The notes under the pieces: model-generated
What the model was told of the DNA's origin: nothing
Database searches by the model: none
The model's input: the letters and a program-made list of their open reading frames with translations, nothing else
Assembly: GCA_026395995.1 (NCBI GenBank)
Contig: JAPLXQ010000011.1
Span: forward strand, 4,210-68,209
Direction of reading: 5' to 3'
DNA from: Candidatus Nomurabacteria bacterium
GTDB lineage: Bacteria > Patescibacteriota > Minisyncoccia > Phycocordibacterales > UBA9973
DNA: 64,000 bases
Position numbers and translations under genes: made by a program
Shown: in pieces, positions 58,292 through 64,000 of the stretch
How positions within the stretch are numbered: position 1 is the first letter of the stretch
How the letters are laid out: every line of letters begins with the position of its first letter

Positions 58292-59038
58292 ATGATGGAA
58301 AGTAGAATATTCACTAAAATAGGAGGGGATAGGAAGTTGTTTTTTTCTATTGTAATTCCAGCTCACAATGAATCTTTGTACATAGAAAATACTTTAAATA
58401 AAATAGGATTGTTAGAATATCCAAAAGATTTGTATGAAGTTATTGTAATAGAGAATGGTTCTAAGGATGACACATATAATATTGCTAAAAAGTTTGAAAG
58501 TGAAAATACTTATATCTTTACTTCTTCTAAAAAGGGTGTATCTCCAGCTAAAAATCTAGGAATAGAAAAGATTAGTCCAAAAAGTGAATGGACTGTTTTT
58601 CTGGATGCAGATACTGTTTTAGAAAAATACTTTTTAAGTAATTTAAATAATTTTTTAATTAAAGATATTGACGGTATTTATTCAGTTGGAACAACAAAAA
58701 TAAATCCAATTCCTTTTAGCAAAAAAGCACAACGTTGGTTTACTTTTTATGACTTAGGACACAAGTTCACAAAGACTTCATATGCAATACAGATAATAAA
58801 GACTAGTCTTTTAGATCGTGTGCATTTTCATGAACATTTAGATATGGGTGAAGATTTGAAGTTTATTGATGAAGCCAGAAAGTTTGGTAAATTCTTTTTC
58901 TTGGAAACAAATGAAGTATATACGTCGACAAGGAGATTTGAAAAAGAAGGTTGGTGGCATTTATTTTTATATTGGAATTTTGTTGCATTATTACCAGATA
59001 GTTTGAAACGTCGTTTTATTTATAAAGTAGTTAGGTGA
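58292..59038 (+). CDS. family 2 glycosyltransferase
   Basis: FSIVIPAHNE...DAD motif. Confidence 0.7.
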   Translation: MMESRIFTKIGGDRKLFFSIVIPAHNESLYIENTLNKIGLLEYPKDLYEVIVIENGSKDDTYNIAKKFESENTYIFTSSKKGVSPAKNLGIEKISPKSEWTVFLDADTVLEKYFLSNLNNFLIKDIDGIYSVGTTKINPIPFSKKAQRWFTFYDLGHKFTKTSYAIQIIKTSLLDRVHFHEHLDMGEDLKFIDEARKFGKFFFLETNEVYTSTRRFEKEGWWHLFLYWNFVALLPDSLKRRFIYKVVR

Positions 59039-59042
59039 ACAT

Positions 59043-59756
59043 ATGAAAATTAGTTTAGTTATTCCTGCATACAATGAAGAAAAATATATTGCCACTTGTT
59101 TAGAAAGTGTATTTAAAAATGCACCCGATTTTTTTTATGAAATAATTGTGATAGATAATGCTAGTACAGATAAGACTAGAGAAGTAGCAGAAAAATTTAA
59201 AGGAGTAAAAGTTATTCATGAAGCACAAAAAGGATTAACTTCTGCTAGGCAAAAAGGACTCGAATCTGCGACAGGAGATTTGATAGCTTATATTGATGCT
59301 GATACAAAAATGCCAAAAGATTGGGGTAAAAAAGTTTTGAAATCTTTTTCTAAAAATCCACAGTTTGTTTGTATTAGTGGCCCATATATTTATCATGATG
59401 TTAAACCATTAAAAAGTTTTTCAGTTTGGTTGTATTGGCATCTTTTTGCTTATCCTGCTTCATTGATTACGGGTTATATGGTTGTGGGTGGTAATTTTAT
59501 AGCAAAAAAAGATGCTCTAGAAAAAATAAGTGGTTTTGATAAGAGCATTGCTTTTTATGGAGAAGATACAGATATCGCAAAGAGATTAAGTAAAATTGGT
59601 AAAGTTAAATTTATACTTGGTTTACCTATGCATACTTCTGCTCGACGTTTTAAAGGTCAGGGGACAGGAAAGACTGCAATCATATATATGTTGAACTTTC
59701 TTTCAGTCGCTTTTAAAGGTAAACCAATATCAAAAGATTATAAAGATATACGTTAG
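59043..59756 (+). CDS. family 2 glycosyltransferase
   Basis: ISLVIPAYNEEKYI...DADT motif. Confidence 0.75.
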   Translation: MKISLVIPAYNEEKYIATCLESVFKNAPDFFYEIIVIDNASTDKTREVAEKFKGVKVIHEAQKGLTSARQKGLESATGDLIAYIDADTKMPKDWGKKVLKSFSKNPQFVCISGPYIYHDVKPLKSFSVWLYWHLFAYPASLITGYMVVGGNFIAKKDALEKISGFDKSIAFYGEDTDIAKRLSKIGKVKFILGLPMHTSARRFKGQGTGKTAIIYMLNFLSVAFKGKPISKDYKDIR

Positions 59757-59782
59757 TTTGATTAAATGGTATTATATAAATA

Positions 59783-60418
59783 ATGCAAAAAATATTTAAT
59801 TCTTATAAGGATAATTTTACAAACAAGGCTTTTCTTATAGAAGTCTTTTTTGGTTTACTGATGCTTGTCGGTAGTATGTTTATCAATTTTTATGCTGGTA
59901 TCTATGCCACAGAAAGAGCTAGTAATTCTGTCACAGATATAATACTTAGTAATCTTCGTACTTTTGATGTAGATGCAATATTTATTTATGGAGGTTTTAT
60001 GATTTTTGTTTGTATTGCTTTGTTTTGTCTGTATGAACCTAAAAAGATTCCATTTATTATAAAATCAATTGCATTCTTTGTTCTGACTCGTTCTGTATTT
60101 GTTAGTCTGACTCATATTGCACCTTTTCCATCTCAAATATCTATTGCTTCTACAAATTTCCTTAACCATTTTATTTTTTCTGGTGATTTATTCTTTTCTG
60201 GTCATACAGGGTTACCATTTTTAATGGCCCTTATCTATTGGAAGCAAGAGTATGTGAGATATTTCTTTTTAGCTATGTCTGTTTTCTTTGGAGCTATAGT
60301 TCTGATGGGGCATTTGCATTACACTATCGATGTACTTTCTGCTTTTTACATAACATATTCTATTTATAATTTGAATAAATATTTCTTCAAAAAAGATTAC
60401 GAATTATTCCACTCATAA
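59783..60418 (+). CDS. integral membrane protein, PAP2-like (possible phosphatase / phosphotransferase)
   Basis: TM-rich; 'FSGHTG' and 'HLHYTIDV' resemble PAP2 C2/C3 motifs. Confidence 0.4.
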   Translation: MQKIFNSYKDNFTNKAFLIEVFFGLLMLVGSMFINFYAGIYATERASNSVTDIILSNLRTFDVDAIFIYGGFMIFVCIALFCLYEPKKIPFIIKSIAFFVLTRSVFVSLTHIAPFPSQISIASTNFLNHFIFSGDLFFSGHTGLPFLMALIYWKQEYVRYFFLAMSVFFGAIVLMGHLHYTIDVLSAFYITYSIYNLNKYFFKKDYELFHS

Positions 60419-60421
60419 TTA

Positions 60422-61063
60422 ATGAAAATAAAAAAACTTGGACATTGCTGTTTAATTATAGAGATAGATGGCAAAAGGATTATGACCGATCCTGGTTCTT
60501 ATACTATTGAAAAACATAATCAAGAAAAGAGTATTGATATTATTTTAATTACTCATGAACACGGAGATCATTATCATTTAGAATCTTTAAAAGAAATTTT
60601 AGTGAATAATCCAGAGGCAACAATTGTTACCAATCAAGGAGTAGGGCAGCTACTTGATGAAGCTGGAATTAAGTATCAAATTTTAGAAAATAAAATTGAA
60701 ACAGAAATTTTAGGAATAGAATTAGAAGCACATGATTGTAGACATGAAGAAATTTATGAAGAAATAGGTCAAGTTCAAAATACTGGATTTTTTATTGGTA
60801 AAAAATTATTTTATCCAGGAGATGCTTTCTATAATCCACAAAAGGTTGTAGAGATTTTAGCATTACCTGTGGCTGGTCCTTGGACAAGAGTTAAAGATGC
60901 TATAAAATACGCACTTGAAATAAAACCAAAAATTTGTTTCCCTGTGCATGACGGGATGATCGATCCTAGTTTTGGTACAGCACATAGAGTTCCTGGTATT
61001 ATTTTACCAAATTTTGGTATTGAATTTAAAAGTTTTGAAGAAAATAAGGAAGAAGAATTTTAA
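60422..61063 (+). CDS. metallo-beta-lactamase fold hydrolase
   Basis: ILITHEHGDHYH motif. Confidence 0.7.
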   Translation: MKIKKLGHCCLIIEIDGKRIMTDPGSYTIEKHNQEKSIDIILITHEHGDHYHLESLKEILVNNPEATIVTNQGVGQLLDEAGIKYQILENKIETEILGIELEAHDCRHEEIYEEIGQVQNTGFFIGKKLFYPGDAFYNPQKVVEILALPVAGPWTRVKDAIKYALEIKPKICFPVHDGMIDPSFGTAHRVPGIILPNFGIEFKSFEENKEEEF

Positions 61064-61067
61064 TTAA

Positions 61068-61105
61068 CCTCACCCCTGACCCCTCTCCTGGAAAGGCGAG
61101 GGGAA
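61068..61105. repeat. GC-rich palindromic repeat (CCTCACCCCTGACCCCTCTCCTGGAAAGGCGAGGGG)
   Basis: Family member. Confidence 0.8.
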
Positions 61106-61114
61106 AATACAAAA

Positions 61115-61519
61115 ATGGCACGAATTGTAAATAGTTTCAATAAAAAAGAAATTCGTCGAGATTTAAGAAAAACACAAACCTCAGAATAAATTTTGTTATG
61201 GTCAAAATTACGCAATAATCAAGTAGAATATAAATGGCGAAGACAAGTGAGTATTGGAAATTATATTGCAGATTTTTATTGCCGAGAAAAATTATTAGTA
61301 GTTGAATTAGATGGTTCACAACATTTAGAAAATAAAGAATACGATATTATTCGTGATAATTTTTTTAAATTTTTAGGAATTAAAACTTTAAGATTTTGGA
61401 ATAGTGAAGTTAATAAAGATATAAATGAAGTAATTAATAAAATTGTGTTTGAATTACATAATCGAAATGAAACCCCCTTCTCCTTTCCAGGAGAAGGGGT
61501 AGGGGATGAGGTTTTGTAG
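61115..61519 (+). pseudogene. DUF559 (Vsr-like endonuclease fold) gene interrupted by an in-frame TAA at 61187-61189
   Basis: 'MARIVNSFNKKEIRRDLRKTQTSE*ILLWSKLRNNQ...IADFYCREKLLVVELDGSQH' is colinear with the DUF559 consensus (ARELRKNQT.AEK.LW..LR....YKFRRQ..IG.YI.DF.C...KL.IELDG..H) across the stop. The 3' end runs into a GC-rich repeat (61484-61522). Confidence 0.6.
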
Positions 61520-61531
61520 TATAATTATCTA

Positions 61532-62128
61532 ATGCATCACATATATCACACAGACGCGATAATATTGGGCAGTAATGACTTCGGTGAGACTGGGAAGTTT
61601 TACTCTATTTTTACTCGTGAATTAGGTATGATAAATGCCACAGCGCAGGGGATAAGAAAAATGTCTTCAAAGCTCCGCTATGTTTTACAGGATTTCAATT
61701 ATGTGAGAGTGGATCTAGTTCGGGGAAAAGAATTATGGCGAATTACTAGTGCTTCAAAAACCAATGAATTGGAAAAGATTTCTAAGTCTGAGCTAGGTCT
61801 TAAGACTGTCGCTAATATTTCAAAACTTTTGAAGAGACTACTACAAGGGGAAGAACAAAATGAAGCTTTGTTTCAAGATGTTTTAGATGGTTTTTATATT
61901 TTAGAAAATAAATTAAATACATCCCATGTTTCAAAAGAAGAAATACAGAACATAGAGATGGTTTTAGTTTTAAGGATTTTGTACCATCTTGGATATTTAG
62001 GTAATGATGGAAAAATGAATAATTTTATAAATTCACCATTTGCGGATGATTTATTACCATATATCGCCATAAATAGAAATGTAATATTGACTGAGATAAA
62101 TAAAGCTTTACATGAAACACAAATGTAA
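61532..62128 (+). CDS. recO: DNA repair protein RecO (short form)
   Basis: N-terminal OB fold 'DAIILGSNDFGETGKFYSIFTRELGMINATAQGIRKMSSKL' matches RecO. Confidence 0.7.
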   Translation: MHHIYHTDAIILGSNDFGETGKFYSIFTRELGMINATAQGIRKMSSKLRYVLQDFNYVRVDLVRGKELWRITSASKTNELEKISKSELGLKTVANISKLLKRLLQGEEQNEALFQDVLDGFYILENKLNTSHVSKEEIQNIEMVLVLRILYHLGYLGNDGKMNNFINSPFADDLLPYIAINRNVILTEINKALHETQM

Positions 62129-62171
62129 TTTTTTATTTTAAAATCTATTTTATCGTGTTATAATCAGGAAT

Positions 62172-64000
62172 ATGGAAACAGAAGAAGAAAAAGAAAAACT
62201 TCATAGAATCGAAGATATGAAGAGCCGACTCTTTAGTAAGAGTTATAGTACTCTACGAATTAAACATTCTGGAACTCTACATAAAAAGGAATATGACGTA
62301 GCTGATACATGGAAAGAAGAAAAAGAAGAAAATATAGCAGAAAAAATTTTTATGAAAACATCAATCTTTAAAAAGTTTTTTATCTTTTCAATATGTTTTT
62401 TTGTTTTAGCTGTTGTTTTTGCTTTGTATAATTTTATCGGTGGTGGCAATACTGTCTCGAATGACAATATTGATATTGTCATTCTTGGAAATACCTTTAC
62501 TGCGGGGGGAGAGGATTTACCTTTGCAAATAGAAATTACCAACAAAAATAATGCAGCTCTTGAATTGGCTGATTTAGTTGTCGAATATCCGAAAGGATCA
62601 TTTGCTGATCTAAGTCAGGATTCTAATAAGTTACGAGATTCTTTGGGTACCATTCCAGCTGGTCAAGTAAAAAGTGATAATTTGAAAGTTGTTTTATTTG
62701 GTGAACAAGGAAGTATTCGACCAATCAAGGTTTCTTTGGAATATAGAGTTGAGGGATCTAATGCTATCTTTGTAAAAGAAAAAGATTATTCTGTTTCTAT
62801 TAGTTCTGCTCCAATCGATCTAGCTGTTAATGCTCCTGATACTATCACACCAAATCAAGATATTACTTTTAATATTAAGGCAACGTTAAATTCTACTAAA
62901 TCAGCTACCAGTCTTTTGTTTAAGGCCGATTATCCTCCTGGTTTTATGTTTAAAAGTGCTAAACCTGCTCCGACTATTGATAATAATGTTTGGGACTTGG
63001 GCGACCTTTCACCTGGTTCTGAAAGTAATATTAGTATTACTGGTAATATTGTAGGCGCTCAAGATGGAGAACAAAAAACTTTTCACTTCTTTACTGGTTC
63101 TAAAGATGAAAATGATAAGGCTAATATTGGTGTAATTTTTAATTCTTTAGGTCACACTATTTTAATTAACAAACCATTCATTCAAGCTAGACTTTTAGTC
63201 AATGGCGTTTACCAAAATGAGTATGCTTCTGATTCAAAAACAAATATTTCAGGACAAATACAATGGACAAATAATCTGGATACTAAGATTACTGATATGG
63301 TAATTACTGCAAAAATTTACGGTAACGCTTTAGACAGACAGAAAATAAATGTTTTTAATGGTAATTTTGATTCAATAAATAATATTATAGTTTGGGATAA
63401 AAATTCTAATAAAGATTTCTCTGAAGTTAATCCGGGCAATTCAGGAGTAGTCTTTTTTGACATTAATCCATTGCCGTTATTTTCCTCTAATGGTTTATTA
63501 ATAGATCCTTCTATTCATATAGATATTTCAATTTCTGGAAAACAGCCATTACAAGGTAATATTATTAATTCTTTAACTGATTCGGAATCAAAAATTATTA
63601 AAATTATGTCTGATGTGAGTGCCTCAGTTAAAGCTTTGCACTTTATTGGAGCTTTTGCTAATACTGGAGATATTCCGCTTAAGGCTGAAAAAGAAACTAC
63701 TTATACAATAGTTTGGAATTTGTCTAATACTGCAAATATTATTTCTAATGCAAAAATGTCTGCTACTCTTCCAGCTTTTGTACGTTTTGTTGGACCAGTG
63801 GATCCAGCTTCAGAGGATGTAAAATATGATGAAACTACAAAACAAGTAACATGGAATATTGGTGCAATACCTAAGGGTGCAGGGATTAGTGGAAATAAAA
63901 AAGAAGTTTCTTTCCAAATAGGCTTCACACCTTCCTTATCTCAAGTTGGTCAAATTCCTATTCTTATAAATGATGCAATTTTGACGGGGCATGATGATTT
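62172..64000 (+). CDS. large membrane-anchored surface protein with repeated beta-sandwich (DUF11-like) domains; 3' partial
   Basis: Open frame from the ATG at 62172 to the window end; one TM helix (FFIFSICFFVLAVVFALY) then repetitive Thr/Asn/Ser-rich domains. Not in the ORF track because it has no stop. Confidence 0.55.
   Translation, partial: METEEEKEKLHRIEDMKSRLFSKSYSTLRIKHSGTLHKKEYDVADTWKEEKEENIAEKIFMKTSIFKKFFIFSICFFVLAVVFALYNFIGGGNTVSNDNIDIVILGNTFTAGGEDLPLQIEITNKNNAALELADLVVEYPKGSFADLSQDSNKLRDSLGTIPAGQVKSDNLKVVLFGEQGSIRPIKVSLEYRVEGSNAIFVKEKDYSVSISSAPIDLAVNAPDTITPNQDITFNIKATLNSTKSATSLLFKADYPPGFMFKSAKPAPTIDNNVWDLGDLSPGSESNISITGNIVGAQDGEQKTFHFFTGSKDENDKANIGVIFNSLGHTILINKPFIQARLLVNGVYQNEYASDSKTNISGQIQWTNNLDTKITDMVITAKIYGNALDRQKINVFNGNFDSINNIIVWDKNSNKDFSEVNPGNSGVVFFDINPLPLFSSNGLLIDPSIHIDISISGKQPLQGNIINSLTDSESKIIKIMSDVSASVKALHFIGAFANTGDIPLKAEKETTYTIVWNLSNTANIISNAKMSATLPAFVRFVGPVDPASEDVKYDETTKQVTWNIGAIPKGAGISGNKKEVSFQIGFTPSLSQVGQIPILINDAILTGHDD

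Noticed and set aside
62243-62545. 100 aa minus-strand ORF
   Set aside because: It is antisense to the 5' end of the large surface-protein ORF and is low complexity.

Overview
This 64 kb window is AT-rich (roughly one-third GC) and carries the translation-gene core of a small genome: rpsL-rpsG-fusA, tuf, and the S10/spc cluster through rplO-secY, then adk, map, an infC-rpmI-rplT operon, smpB with an adjacent tmRNA, ftsH and recO. There is no rpmD (L30) between rpsE and rplO, and several ribosomal proteins have Lys-rich extensions, so it looks like a Candidate Phyla Radiation (Patescibacteria) type bacterium. The conserved operons are interrupted by accessory cassettes. Each cassette begins with a recycled terminator hairpin and a near-identical TTGACTTTT-N12-TGCTATACTT promoter.

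The standout is a complete diversity-generating retroelement (DGR) at about 42.7-45.5 kb:
- A 260 aa target gene ends in a 105 bp variable repeat (VR).
- A 105 bp template repeat (TR) lies about 300 bp downstream. Essentially every TR/VR mismatch has an A in the TR.
- An Avd-like four-helix-bundle gene sits on the opposite strand.
- A DGR-type reverse transcriptase (RT) carries the I/LGxxxSQ and YADD motifs. It is currently split by a frameshift in an A8 tract and also has a G9 tract near its start.
- The whole cassette is bracketed by near-identical 36-38 bp hairpin repeats.

Other notable features:
- A 2.6 kb island inserted between rpsG and fusA holds an orphan Cas2-fold gene flanked by two identical 20 bp perfect palindromes, plus duplicated promoter modules.
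- A 3.5 kb island between rplB and rpsS has duplicated about 70 nt 5' leader hairpins and a T20 tract inside a Cys-rich ORF.
- A family of GC-rich palindromic repeats (CCCTCTCC..GGAGAGGG / GGTGAGGTG), including two about 90 bp near-identical copies.
- A tRNA-Ile(UAU).
- A DUF559 endonuclease-like gene interrupted by an in-frame stop.
- A soluble VirD4/TraD-family coupling-type ATPase with no other type IV secretion genes nearby.
- A protein with an RNA polymerase alpha C-terminal-like domain.
- Two promoter-plus-terminator small-RNA candidates.
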